A stretch of 20,000 nucleotides of DNA, from contig NC_057749.1 in the NCBI RefSeq assembly GCF_004010195.1, forward strand, positions 21,456,711-21,476,710. Reading direction: 5' to 3'. Within the stretch, counting starts at the first letter, position 1, and each line of letters opens with the position of its first letter. The notes under the pieces are model-generated. The model saw only the letters and a program-made list of their open reading frames with translations. It did not search any database and was not told the DNA's origin. A program made the position numbers and the translations under genes. This document shows, in pieces, positions 1 through 10,370 of the stretch. The DNA comes from Chiloscyllium plagiosum (taxonomy: Eukaryota).

Positions 1-259
1 AGATTGCTTGGTCTTGTAACCGATGTGCTTTTAGCAGAAACAAGCCCTTCATATCCAGGCTGCAAGTACAGAGCTGAATGCAAGCGCAGTCATTTTAACC
101 AGTGTCCTGCTTAACAAGGGCATCCATTGTCACTGACCTAGTTAACCCTATTTTACGAAATCAGCAGCAAAGCTGAAAGTCCTAGATCTTCTTTCATTTT
201 GAGTGCATGCAACTGCAGGAGGGAAGGCAAGATTTTAAAATTAGGGCTAGACTCATTTT

Positions 260-355
260 ACAACAACAACTTGCATTTGCGCAGCCCCTTCAAGATAGCA
301 ATATAGCCCAAAATGCTTCACAGGAGTGTTATCAACTGCATTTTGTCACCAAACA
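260..355 (-). mobile_element. Degenerate L2/CR1-group LINE 3' tail
   Basis: aacaacaacttgcattt...cccaaaatgcttcacaggagtgttatc resembles the reverse complement of a common shark LINE 3' end. Recognised from memory, not from a search. Confidence 0.45.
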
Positions 356-637
356 TAGAGCACAATCATCCATTTCCTTATTCACATTATTTATGTCTCT
401 TTCTGTATGACTTTGAAATCAAACTTAATTTTCTTAAAAAGAACTGATTTTAAGTAATGTAAAATCAAGCTTATACATATTTATTTATATTTCTATTTAT
501 TTGACTGAATGAAGGATGTTAATGTTTCTTATTGAGGATTGCTCAAAAAAAGGCACATGTTACTGTAGCTTTTTGTCTTGCATTCATTAGGACAATTCAG
601 GAGAATAGCAATGTATAGAGGAACATTTCCAAATTAA

Positions 638-1104
638 AGTCATAGCTCATGGAGATGTACAGCACTGAAACAGACCCTTCGGTCCAACTCGTCCATGCTG
701 ACCAGATATCCTAACCTAATCTAGTCCCATTTGCCAGCACTTGGCCCATATCCCTCCAAACCCTTCCTATTCATATACCCATCCAAATGCCTCTTAAATG
801 TTGCAAATGTTGCAGCCTCCTCTAGCAGCTCATTCCATACACGTACCACCCTCTGCGTGAAAAAGTTACTCCTAAGGTCTCTTTTATATCTTTCCCGTCT
901 CACCCTAAACCTAGGCCCTCTAGTTCTGGACTCCCCCCACCCCAGGGATAAAGACTTTGTCTATTTACCCTATCCATGCCCCTCATGATTTTATAAACCT
1001 CTGTAAGGTCACCCCTCAGCCTCTGCCGCTCCAGGGAAAACAGCCCCAGCCTGTTCAGCCTCTCCCTATAGCTCAACCCCTTCAACCCTGGCAACATCCT
1101 TGTA
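638..1104 (-). mobile_element. 5'-truncated CR1 LINE (end of ORF2, 3'UTR and CTATGACT-type tail)
   Basis: Minus-strand peptides LPGLKGLSYRERLNRLGLFSLERQRLRGDLTEVYKIM and FFTQRVVRVWNELLEE...FKRHLDGYMNRKGLEGYG* are typical of the CR1 ORF2 C-terminus. There is a frameshift near the C-run at ~932-943, followed by the CR1 3'UTR (ggaccgaagggtctgtttc...). Confidence 0.93.
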
Positions 1105-1552
1105 GTCCATGTGCTTTGGCCTGTCCCTTTTCCTTTAAAAGCTCCTGGGGCATTTTAGCACCGGGTCAGGTTCCTACAACTGATTGTCTGACACTGGCAA
1201 CGATATTGTATTATTACAGAAATTTACATGGCAGGGCAATTGTTGTAATTTTAGAATTTGCTATTCTTGTCTTAGTTTTGATAAACATAAGGTGAAAAGT
1301 TTTGAAAATGTTTCATTTTTTTTACAATTCTGTGCCACCAAGTGATCAGAAAGCATGGCCGATAAGGAACTGTTCCACCAGATTATAGAGTTGCACATGT
1401 CATTGTGAGAAAAACCAGGGAATTGCAGAGCCCAGTTATCTTATTGTCTCTGGTTGGGACATTACACCAGCATGTAAATGATTGAACTTTCTCTAATTTT
1501 TTTTCATGGATCAGAAAGTGCCAGCGTGGATTTGTAAAGGATCCATCTTACT

Positions 1553-1622
1553 AAAGAAATAAGAGCAGGAGTAGGCCATTCAGCCCCTCAAACCTCTCTG
1601 CCATTCAAAATCACAGTTGATG
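1553..1622 (-). mobile_element. CR1-group LINE 3' tail fragment
   Basis: aagaaataagagcaggagtaggccattcagcccctc...ccattcaa. The same tail type recurs at 7661 and 13390. Confidence 0.7.
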
Positions 1623-1677
1623 CTCAATGACCCTTTCTGAAGAGGTGACTACACTAGTGAACAGAAGTCATGAACAC

Positions 1678-1880
1678 AAATTGCTGGAGAAACTCAACAG
1701 GCATGGCAGCATCTGTGGAGAGAAAGCAGTATGAACATTGAGTCCAGAAACCCTTCTTGCTCACTGGGCTTGAAACATTAACTCTACTTTCTCTGTCCAT
1801 ATAGACACTGCCTGACCTGCTGAGTTTCTCCAGCAATTTCTGCTTATGTTTGTTTCAGACCACCAGCATCTGCTGTTCTC
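1678..1880 (+). mobile_element. Fold-back PLE-derived element (family A) with decayed hammerhead
   Basis: Inverted arms aaattgctggagaaactcaacagg... (1678) and ...cctgctgagtttctccagcaattt (1839), followed by a cagcatctgc tail shared with the copies at 2528 and 17536. Confidence 0.75.
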
Positions 1881-2349
1881 TTTTTCTTAGCTTTAGATCT
1901 CTGTCCATGTTGTTAATGTGGGCTTTCCAAAAACATTCGCTAAATCTCAATGAGAGATTCTGAAATCGGAAGCACATTGTTGGCTTGATCCCAAAACTGA
2001 CTGAGGGGCAGGAGCCACAAAATTGAAAATCTGGTTGGCAGGATAACAGGTCTTTATTGGGGTCTCAGGTCTGGAGTTTGAGATTAATTGATTGATTGAT
2101 TCCTGTTCATCAGTGATATTGAGGGACCAGTGGCAAAGGCTTGACCATGCTCTCAGTGAATGGCAGGATGCAGTCTTGTTATATTAAGTATAAGTTTTCG
2201 TTTGGCCAAGTTTACTAGCTTCTATGGTAAAATTTGCATGTAATTCCAGCTCATTCTTCATCCACTGAATTTCTAAGTGAGCTTGCGATTTGTGCTTTGA
2301 ACAATGAGCCAATGGAACTACCATTTTCACCGCAATGTCATTGTTTCAG

Positions 2350-2369
2350 GTTATCCAATCATGTCGAAA
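2350..2369 (+). other. Candidate 20-nt microexon
   Basis: tgtcattgtttcag|GTTATCCAATCATGTCGAAA|gtaagt, in non-repetitive DNA. Confidence 0.4.
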
Positions 2370-2527
2370 GTAAGTCTCAAAGCTAAGTAATTCAACATCA
2401 ACTACTCTGATTTGTAACATGTGCTTCATTTAATGTGTAGCATGCATCTTGGTGTATCCTCCATCTGTGAGCTTAATGAAACTAAAAATAAATTTACAAC
2501 TGAGCCCTGGCGGCTTTTGAAGTCTTC

Positions 2528-2662
2528 AGTTCTGGAGAAGAGTCACGTTGGACTCAAAACATTTACTCTGTTTCCCTCTCCACAGATGCTGCCAGACCCG
2601 CTGAGTTTCTCCCGCAATTTTGTTTTCATTTCAGATTTCCAGCCCCCTGCAGCATTTTCCTT
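2528..2662 (+). mobile_element. PLE 3' end (family A) with mutated hammerhead
   Basis: agttCTGGAGAaGAGTCacgttgGACTCAAAACattt. Stem II is intact but the core is mutated. Followed by ctctccacagatgctgccagacc...ctgcagca. Confidence 0.75.
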
Positions 2663-2974
2663 TCACTTGATTGAGAAGTGAACTGTTTGTGACGAACTGC
2701 TTTGTCCCAGAAAAACATGCTTCAGCAAGGAAGACAGTTTTACAGGAAGTCAGGGAAGAATTTGGGACTCCTCCCTGGTAATGCTGTCAGTCAGATGCTG
2801 GTGAGGGAGGTGGGTCAGACAATCAATTCTGAAGGCAGGATAAACGTTGGCGAATATTTTGTTCCTTATTCAAGAGATCAGAGACAGAGTTGACATTCAT
2901 TGTCCAACTCTAATTGTGATGAGATTGTGGTGAGTTACCTTCTGGAGTATTACTCAGTGGTATATTCAGAGGCA

Positions 2975-3160
2975 GCTGTCACTGGGTCAAATTCCCAGCA
3001 TTCCCTCCCTAAGGGCATTGTGGGTCACCCTACAGCACATGGACCGCAGTGGTTCAAGAAGGAAGCTCACCCCGACCTTCTCAAGGACAATGAGGGACAG
3101 GTAATAAATGCTCGCCAAGCCAGTGATGCCCATGTCCCACAAGTGAATCTAAAACAAAAC
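2975..3160 (+). mobile_element. LINE 3' end (ORF2 C-terminus plus tail shared with the local SINE family)
   Basis: Peptide VTGSNSQHSLPKGIVGHPTAHGPQWFKKEAHPDLLKD, followed by aataaatgctcgccaagccagtgatgcccatgtccc and an A-rich end. Confidence 0.7.
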
Positions 3161-3369
3161 TAAGAGTGAACTGTATTGTGGCAGCCAGAGGAATGGACTG
3201 AGATTATGACCCCACTGTTGCTCTTGAGTCTCCTTCCCCAACTATGGTCCCCAGCACCGCAGCCTCATAACCCCCCCCAACCCAAACACAGCTGGGACCC
3301 TCTAGAGATCCAAGGACTGTTATGTTGGCCCTGATTTAACCCCACCCTCCCTTCATGTCTCAGGCCTTG

Positions 3370-3620
3370 GCTGTGGGACTGGAGTCACATGCAGGCCAGA
3401 CTGAGGAAGGACACCAGATTTCCTTCCATTAAGTGAATTAGTGAACCGAGTGGGATTTTACAGCAAAAATAGATCCGTGATCACTGATGCCCCAAGTTTT
3501 CTTTTGAATTAATGAATGGATCAAATTTAAATTCCCTCCCTGGCTCCTTTCTCAAACTCAGGTGTCCTCATCATTAGCCCAGGTCATGAGATACCTGGTT
3601 TTGTAACCTAACCACCAAAA
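3370..3620 (-). mobile_element. Degenerate tRNA-derived SINE
   Basis: gtgggactggagtcacatgcaggccagact...cagatttccttcc...ttagtgaacc. Homologous to the copies at 12525, 14490, 16100 and 16830. Confidence 0.7.
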
Positions 3621-3711
3621 TCCCTGTAGTGTGACCAATCCAAATTGAAAATGGATGTGGGTTGGTTACTCTTCTAGCACAGTTCAGTATCCAATACAAG
3701 TGTAGCGAAGA

Positions 3712-3755
3712 GAAGAGACTCATTGTGAAGAGACTCATTGCGAAGAGACTCATTG
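3712..3755. repeat. 15-bp tandem repeat x3 (gaagagactcattgN)
   Basis: Three directly visible units. Confidence 0.9.
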
Positions 3756-3918
3756 ATCCTCCAGTGTAGTCTTGATGTATGGGAAGGGACACCTTCACAG
3801 TCTAATGTATTCTGAAGAACAATTTACTCACACTCAATGCATTAAACATCACACAACAACGTCTAGCACACACAATATACTTCCTGTGGCTCTGCATACG
3901 GAAACTGATGCTTCCTGG

Positions 3919-4155
3919 AACCATAGAAACCTTCAGTACAGGGGAGGCCATTCAGCCCATTATACACTGGGTCCCTCTTCCCTACTTTTTTCCTACAATT
4001 TTATCCTCTCAATATTTCACTAGTTCCCTTTTGAAATCAATGATGGAATTTGCATCTGCCATCCTACCATGCCGTGGGTACCAGAGACCAATCAATTACA
4101 GTGTCTCTGCCATTTAGAAATTTGCCTTAAAGGTGTGATCTCTGATTACTGATTG
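3919..4155 (-). mobile_element. Degenerate CR1 3' end
   Basis: catagaa...acaggggaggccattcagcccat tail followed by ccttttgaaatc...tctgccatcctacc. Confidence 0.55.
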
Positions 4156-4940
4156 TTAGGGCTGCCCATGACTGAGCAGCTCAAAATGGCTGACGACCGC
4201 CCATGGCAAGAACAGTGAAAGTTCAGCTGACAGTAGCCTGAGGAAAATATTTGCTTAATGAAGCCTGCACAGGTAGACCAATGGTAGAATATATAGCTGC
4301 AGATATTTACGCATAAGACATGGTTAAGAACATTTCACTCTGTGTTTAGTTACTGAATCTCTCTAATTATTTAATTATTTCTTACTGTTGTGAAGTTGGA
4401 TGGAGTAATTATGCATTGGGATGCAGGAAGTTAGAATTTGACATTTGTAAAATTGTAAAATGTTAGGGGGAAAAGCATTGAGTGGCCCCCTTAAAAGATG
4501 ATGTTTTTTCAATGCTTAGAGATTTGGAATGTAAGTCTGTAAGCAGCGGCTTGGGGGTTTGCAGGCGCACAGAGAGCACCCGAACTGAAACATTTGTCTT
4601 GAAGGGCCATACAGTTAGCAGGCCAAGCATCAGCTTTTACCAAGACAACTGTTTTTTGGAAGTTAGCCAATTAATTTGAACCAGGCATGTCGATACCAGA
4701 AACCTATTCAATCAAAATTTGAAGGTTTTGACAACATCGGACCAATCCCTACTGTAGAAAAACAAAGATATGTCATCAAGGGTATGAAGGAAGAGGACAG
4801 TTGGACAAAGACCCCAGAGTAACAGCTATCCACCAGAACTAATGGCCCTCACCTCTCTAGAGAGAAACTGGCTCTCACAGTGATCTATGTATTAGGGAAA
4901 GCATTGTACAAAAGAAAAATACCAATGATGGAAAAAGGCT

Positions 4941-5020
4941 TTCCTTACAGAAGAATCAGAGGAAATGTTCCTGACAGAAGACTCGATAGAAAAAGACATT
5001 CCTGACAGAAAACTCGATGG
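4941..5020. repeat. Imperfect ~30-bp tandem repeat (ttcctgacagaagactcgat)
   Basis: Copies begin at 4941, 4968 and 4999. Confidence 0.7.
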
Positions 5021-5371
5021 GAGAATGCACAGAACATTCTGGAAGATACATAACCTGGCTGCAAATTCAAGAGACTAAATTTTTTAGCCAGATAATTCTA
5101 ACATTAGGTGTAGCCATACAACTTTATTGGAACTGATATTATAACAAATAGTAAGATTGATATCTTTTTGCATATTCTGCAATGAGGTTAATGAACTGTA
5201 TAATGGAATTTAAAAGATTTTTAAGTGATAGGCAAGTATCCAATTACTTGGCAGTTTGCAAATGTTTGGGAAGGTCTGTACTTGAATACCCATGTCCATT
5301 GTGAAAAGCCCCGAGATGGGAGTGAAGACAATCTGGGAAACATCATGAGACCATGGAGCATCGGGGAGTTG

Positions 5372-5485
5372 AGGAGAAAGTGAGGTCTGCAGATGCTGGA
5401 GATCAGAGCTGAAAATGTGTTGCTGGAAAAGCGCAGCAGGTCAGGCAGCATCCAGGGAACAGGAGAACCGACGTTTCGGGCATAA
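5372..5485 (-). mobile_element. PLE 3' end (family B), truncated within the hammerhead
   Basis: Minus strand reads ttatgcccGAAACGTCggttctcctg...ctccagcatctgcagacctcactttctcc, nearly identical to 18562-18710. Confidence 0.85.
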
Positions 5486-6217
5486 TATAAAGCTTGTGTA
5501 ATTAATTAATAAAATGATTGGTTTGTAAATGTTAAAGGTGGGATGCAACAAATGTATAAAAATGGACCTCTTTTCTTTGTTTGGAGGGGAGCTGTCTGGA
5601 TTTTCAGAGGGCTTCTTCCCACTGGTGTAATTTCAATGAACTCTTTGATGCAGGGGAACGCCTGGGGTTTTGAGTGAATCATTTGGTCATTCCACCCCAA
5701 CACCGATAGTGCCACCAGTGGAAATAACTCCTCATTACCGAATCATTCACAACTTCTTAATCCGACCCTCTTCCCCGCTCAATGGAGAGCAGTCCCAACA
5801 TTTCCTTATGAAGAGAGTACGCAGTGTTCTTGTAAATGTCAAGATTAGAGTGGTGCTGGAAAAGCACAGCAGGTCAGGCAGCATCTGAGGATCAGGAAAA
5901 TCGATATTTCGGGCAAAAGCCCTTCATCACCCGAAATGTCGATTTTCCTGCTCCTCGGATGGTGCCTGACCTGCTGTGCTTTTCCAGCACCACTCTAATC
6001 TTGATTTGAAGATGCAGGTGTTGGACTGGGGTGTACAAAGTTAAAAGTCACACAACTCCATGTTATAGTCCAACAGGTTTAATTGGAAGCACACTATCAC
6101 TGTATTCTAACAGATGAAAGGCTTAACAGACAATCAATTTTTCAATGTATAATTTCAGTTACATCACACTGTAAAGTTTTGCTATAAATTCTGTGTTAGG
6201 ATTGAGTCCGCCACTAT

Positions 6218-6252
6218 CACCTGATGAAGGAGCGTCGCTCCGAAAGCTAGTG
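6218..6252 (+). ncRNA. Minimal type I hammerhead ribozyme (intact)
   Basis: CAC-CTGATGA-a-GGAGC(gtc)GCTCC-GAAA-GC-TA-GTG: full core, 5-bp stem II, palindromic AGCT stem III and CAC/GTG stem I. Predicted cleavage after CUA (6249). Confidence 0.85.
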
Positions 6253-6311
6253 TACTTCCAATTAAACCTGTTGGACTATAACCTGGTGTTGTGTATTGAG
6301 CCCTCCACTAT

Positions 6312-6345
6312 CACCTGATGAAGGAGCGTCGCTCCAAAACTAGTG
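6312..6345 (+). ncRNA. Second tandem hammerhead copy (core mutated)
   Basis: Same as 6218, but GAAAGCTA has become AAAACTA. Confidence 0.7.
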
Positions 6346-6865
6346 TACTTCCAATTAAACCTGTTGGACTATAACCTGGTGTTGTGTGATTTTTAACTTT
6401 GTACACTCTAATCTTGTCTCTAATCTCCAGCATCTGCAGTACCCACCTCCACCATTCTTGTAAATGTGCTGTGTCCCCCCGCCCCCCTCCACTGCTCTCT
6501 GTGAGACTGAGTTTACAGTTTGTAGCTTTTCCTGTGTTAATTGTGCAAATTAATATGATTCTCTGGAGCTTGTTACAAATAAACAAAGAACCAAAGACTC
6601 CTGAAACCTGAGGGTTGTCTTGGAAGAAATAAATTTGAAGATTGGGTTAATGTTCAAACTTAAGTCTCACTCTGCAGTTTCCTGTATTTTGAGCTATTCT
6701 GTTATTTAATTGTAAGACAGGCTAAGATGTTCTCCTGTATTTATGCAATACTATTGCTGTTGGCTCATAGTTTTGACTGAAGCACGAGTCACACATGGTA
6801 TTGCACTTTTAATGTTGGAAGTGAAGCCTGAAGATCTGGTTAACACATGTTTTATCATGTTGTAG

Positions 6866-6894
6866 CTCAATGTTTGATCGTTTTGTGTTGCCTG
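6866..6894 (+). other. Candidate 29-nt microexon
   Basis: tgttttatcatgttgtag|CTCAATGTTTGATCGTTTTGTGTTGCCTG|gtaagt, in non-repetitive DNA. Confidence 0.42.
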
Positions 6895-7035
6895 GTAAGT
6901 AATAAAACATGTTCCAAGACAGTGTAGCCAATTTGAAAAGAAAGGCATATGTAGAGTTATTCATTCAGGCGATTGAGAGCTTGGTTAAAGGGATATGTTT
7001 TAAGTAGATTTTAAAGGAGAGAGATGGAGAAGGTC

Positions 7036-8020
7036 ATAGTGCTGATCTTTGCAGTACCCCACTAGGCACTGTCTGCAACTCAGAAAAAGATGTATTTATT
7101 CCCATTGTCTGTCAACCAGTACTTGATCCATGCCAATAAATTGCCCCTATCCCGTGTGCTTTAACTTTGCCCACTAACCTTTTATGAGGGACCTTATCAA
7201 AAGCTTCTGAAAATCCAAATGCACCACATCCACTCATGTCCCCTTATTTTATTCTGCAAGTTAACTCTTTAAAACACTCCTGTAGAGCTGTTAACCATGA
7301 TTTGGCTCTCATTAGCACATACTGGCTTTGTCCAAACCTGTTCATACTTTCCAAGTGTTCTGTTATCACATTTTTTTATAATAGACCCATCATTTTCCCC
7401 ACTACAGATGTTCGGTTCACTGGTCAGTAATTCTGTCTTTTTCTCCTCCTCCCTCCCTTTTAAATAGTGGGGTTATGTCTGCCATCCCCAATCTGTAGCA
7501 ACTGCTCCAGAGTCTATAGAATTTTGGAAGGTGTCCATTGAGTCATCCAATATTTCCAGGGGCCATATCCTTTAATACTTTGGGATATAGATCACCAGAC
7601 CCTGGTGATTTGTCAGCCTTTAACCCTATTCATTTAACTGGCACCATTTTCTTACTAAACATAGAAGCATAGATGATAGGGGCAGGAGTAAACTATTTTG
7701 TCCTTCAAGTCTGCATCTGCTATTCATTATGATCATGGCTCATGATCTGTTTCAGTACCCTGTTCCCGCCTGCTCCCAATACCCTCCGGTCCCTCAGAAC
7801 TATACCTAATTCTTTCTTGAAAACATTCAATGATTTTTGCCTCCATCACTTTCTGTGGCAGAGATTTCCACAGTCTCACCACCCCGTGGGTGAAGAAATG
7901 TCTCCTCATGCCAGTCTAAAATGGTTTACGGCATATCCTTAGACTGACCCTATTTATGCTGATTTCCTTCAAGACCACCCTCTCCCTAGATGCTAGGCTC
8001 ACTAATATTTCTGGCAGAAT
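7036..8020 (-). mobile_element. Degenerate CR1 ORF2 RT region, interrupted at 7661-7945
   Basis: Minus strand shows decayed VDVVHLDF..FDKVPHKRL (gggaccttatcaaaagcttctgaaatccaaatgcaccacatccac), NYRPVNLTSVVGK and SPGPD-like motifs. Confidence 0.85.
7661..7945 (-). mobile_element. CR1 3' end nested in the older CR1
   Basis: Tail atagaagcatag...ggggcaggagta...gatcatggct, followed by FFT.RVV.LW.SLP-like sequence (ttccacagtctcaccaccccgtgggtgaagaaa). Confidence 0.8.
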
Positions 8021-8322
8021 CTGGGCTAAATGCAATCTATCAGCTGTCAGTTGTTATTAATTGGATTGAAGAACTAAGATTTGCTATTCCAATCAGTTAT
8101 CAAGTGACATTACTGCCATTAATTGGTACGAAATGTAATATCGCAACATTTAAACTTATGCAGGATTAGCATCATTTGGCTTCCTTTTTAGCTAATACGA
8201 AACTAAGAGAAAATTGGATTAAGTCCCTTGCAGTGTGTCACACATCTTTACCATTTTCTACATCTCACCGACTGAACGTAGGTGTATCGTAAGAATTCCA
8301 GTGTATTCTTATTTTCTTGTAG

Positions 8323-8340
8323 GTCTTTGCGACATTAACT
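8323..8340 (+). other. Candidate 18-nt microexon
   Basis: tattcttattttcttgtag|GTCTTTGCGACATTAACT|gtgagt: strong pyrimidine tract, consensus donor and a length divisible by 3. Confidence 0.5.
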
Positions 8341-8868
8341 GTGAGTCGGCAACCTTTTAATTCACTTTTATAAAATTTTATAACACTATCATGGATTATA
8401 TTGTAATTATGTATGTCAGATTCAGGCAATTAAGATAATTACTTTACCTACGTACACTCAGTGTGGGAATAACAGATAACACTCATTTTGCTCCTTCATC
8501 TTCATATGTCTCACCTTATGACTGTATAGGTTGCCTTTGTGAAAAACATTCGAGGAGCATGCATATAAACTCATCTATTTGCAAAAACAAACGTGCACAG
8601 GGAAAAGGAGCAGTCGAAAAGGTCGAGAGGTAGAGGAGGCTGTAACTCTCTTCCCCCGAAGAGGAAAAGCCAATGGGTGATCTCGTTTAAAAGGATGAAG
8701 GAGATTTTTAGGATTTTGTTTGTTTCGCTTTGATGACATTGCATTTTTGTAGATTGATCGATGAGAAGGCAAAGAACTGTCTTCAAAGACTGAGGTCAGG
8801 CTTAGACCTCTAGGTAACATGATTGATTACACATTGCCGATATATTCTCATCACCCTGTTCAGAGATC

Positions 8869-8955
8869 TTATTGCACACCTCAGAGTAGGTGGGACTTGA
8901 CCTTGGGCTCTCTGGCTCAGAGGTGGGGATGCTACCACTGCACCACAGGACCTCT
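8869..8955 (-). mobile_element. Short tRNA-head SINE
   Basis: Minus strand has an A box (tggtgcagtgg) and a B-box-like ggtcaagtccc, but no full cloverleaf. Confidence 0.7.
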
Positions 8956-8974
8956 CCTATCATATACTATACAT

Positions 8975-9045
8975 TCAGCTGGGCAAGACATTAGTGAGAC
9001 TGTACCTGGAGGACTGCGTACAATTTTGGCCATATGCTATGAAAA
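8975..9045 (+). mobile_element. CR1 ORF2 fragment
   Basis: LVRLYLEDCVQFW resembles the CR1 motif LVRPHLEYCVQFW. Confidence 0.7.
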
Positions 9046-9294
9046 CTCATTTCATTCAGGAGTCTAGTCCAGTCTGGTACAGTGTAGGTTTATTTTCCTC
9101 TAACTCCACCCACACTGTGCTATTTATGCTCAGTGATGTGCAGCATCACGACATCATCACAAGGGTGTTGCAATGTCCTGAAGCCCTCTCACGGCAAGAA
9201 GAAAAGTAGAGAAAGAATTTCCCCTTCTGAGGAATTCCAGAGCTAGAATATCAAAGCCCACTTCTCCAATCCACAGTCTTTCATTTCCAAGAAT

Positions 9295-9510
9295 CCATTG
9301 CAAAGTTTTTGGATGACACAAAACTAGTGAGGAAGGCAAGTGGTGAGGATGGCATGAAGGGTCTGCAGAGGGATGTGGAAGGGTTAAATGATTTGATATA
9401 AACTTGGCAGATAGAATCGAAATTGGGTAAATGTGAGGTCTGCACTTAAGCAGGAAGAATAGCGAAGTTAGTATTCTTTAAATACAGAAAGATTGTAAAA
9501 GCTGCAGCAC
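9295..9510 (+). mobile_element. CR1 RT core fragment
   Basis: aagtttttggatgacacaaaacta (KFADDTKL-like), followed by LQRD, WQ and KCEV motifs. Confidence 0.8.
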
Positions 9511-9695
9511 CAACATTGGAAATGTTATGAACTGCACGGAGGTTAGTGAGAGAATTCAGGTTGTGTGGTACCTTATCGATGCCTTTGGAAATTTATCTCT
9601 CTGTTTGTAGCTCCTCAAAGAACTGCACTACATTTCTCAGGCAATATTTTTCCTTCATCAAGCCATGCTGACTCTGCTTCGTTATCTGTTTCTAC

Positions 9696-10097
9696 TCACA
9701 CTCACACATAGACACACATAGACACACACACAATCACACATACTTACATCCATTCATACAGACACACACACTAACATGTATGCACTCGCATACAACCTCA
9801 TGCACACACAGAAACACGCAGGCACACATACATAAATGTACACATACACAGGCACAGACTCATAGACAGAGGCTTACATACACACATGCAACATGCACAC
9901 CCACCGATGCACACTCACAGACACACGTACACACACACACAACATGCACACTGACACACACTCACAGACAATATACACATACACACTCACAGACACATAT
10001 ACACACACAATACAAACATAGACACTGTCTCTCTCTCTCACACACACACACTCTCTCTCTGTCTCTCTCACACACACACAGACTTGCACACACACCA
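9696..10097. repeat. Degenerate (CA)n/(CT)n microsatellite
   Basis: Directly visible. Confidence 0.95.
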
Positions 10098-10291
10098 TAA
10101 GCCAGACTAATTCCATAAACAAGAAGACATTTCTTTAATGAGCATTTTTATCCTGATACAGGATGCAGGTGATGGCCAGGAAATTGAAGGCTGAGACTTA
10201 TTTCCTAGTTTCTTCTGCTTTCTAATTTCCTGTTCAACATAGTTAAAAATCACACAACACCAGGTTATAGTCCAACAGGTTTATTTGGAAG

Positions 10292-10326
10292 CACTAGCTT
10301 TCGGAGCGCTGCTCCTTCATCAGGTG
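10292..10326 (-). ncRNA. Minimal type I hammerhead ribozyme (intact)
   Basis: Minus strand reads CAC-CTGATGA-a-GGAGC(agc)GCTCC-GAAA-GC-TA-GTG. Confidence 0.85.
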
Positions 10327-10335
10327 ATAGACTAT

Positions 10336-10370
10336 CACCTGATGAAGGAGCGTCGCTCCGAAAGCTAGTG
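10336..10370 (+). ncRNA. Minimal type I hammerhead ribozyme (intact)
   Basis: CAC-CTGATGA-a-GGAGC(gtc)GCTCC-GAAA-GC-TA-GTG. Predicted cleavage after 10367. Confidence 0.85.

Larger units (their letters stand above)
1365..2080 (+). mobile_element. Old degenerate CR1 ORF2 (RT region) split by younger insertions at 1553-1880
   Basis: Decayed matches to the CR1 motifs PGNYRPVSL (ccagggaattgcagagcccagttatc), QHGFVKG (cagcgtggatttgtaaagg) and DFQKAFDK (ggctttccaaaaacattcgctaaa). Confidence 0.55.
6004..6403. mobile_element. Fold-back PLE-derived element (family C) with tandem hammerheads and 13-bp TSD
   Basis: TSD cactctaatcttg at 5991-6003 and 6404-6416. Inverted segments at 6032-6095 and 6341-6405. 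A 94-bp direct repeat begins at 6201 and 6295. Confidence 0.88.
5840..6454 (+). mobile_element. Fold-back PLE-derived element (family B) with 13-bp TSD, interrupted by a family C element
   Basis: Inverted arms of about 75 bp at 5839-5913 and 5930-6004. TSD ttcttgtaaatgt at 5827-5839 and 6455-6467. The tail resumes at 6417. Confidence 0.88.

Noticed and set aside
3712..3755. Short direct repeats as a CRISPR-like array
   Set aside because: There are no spacers and the context is eukaryotic. It is a simple minisatellite.
5839..6004. DNA-transposon MITE or miRNA interpretation of the hairpins
   Set aside because: The arms derive from PLE tails, the repeats are not terminal on both sides, and TSD lengths vary from 12 to 17 bp.
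6771..6797. Additional 27-nt exon candidate
   Set aside because: The donor (gtattg) is weak and the next acceptor is only 68 nt away.
8869..8955. tRNA gene
   Set aside because: A and B boxes only, with no convincing cloverleaf. It is a SINE head.
9780..10122. His/Thr-rich and Val/Cys-rich ORFs
   Set aside because: They are translations of the CA microsatellite.
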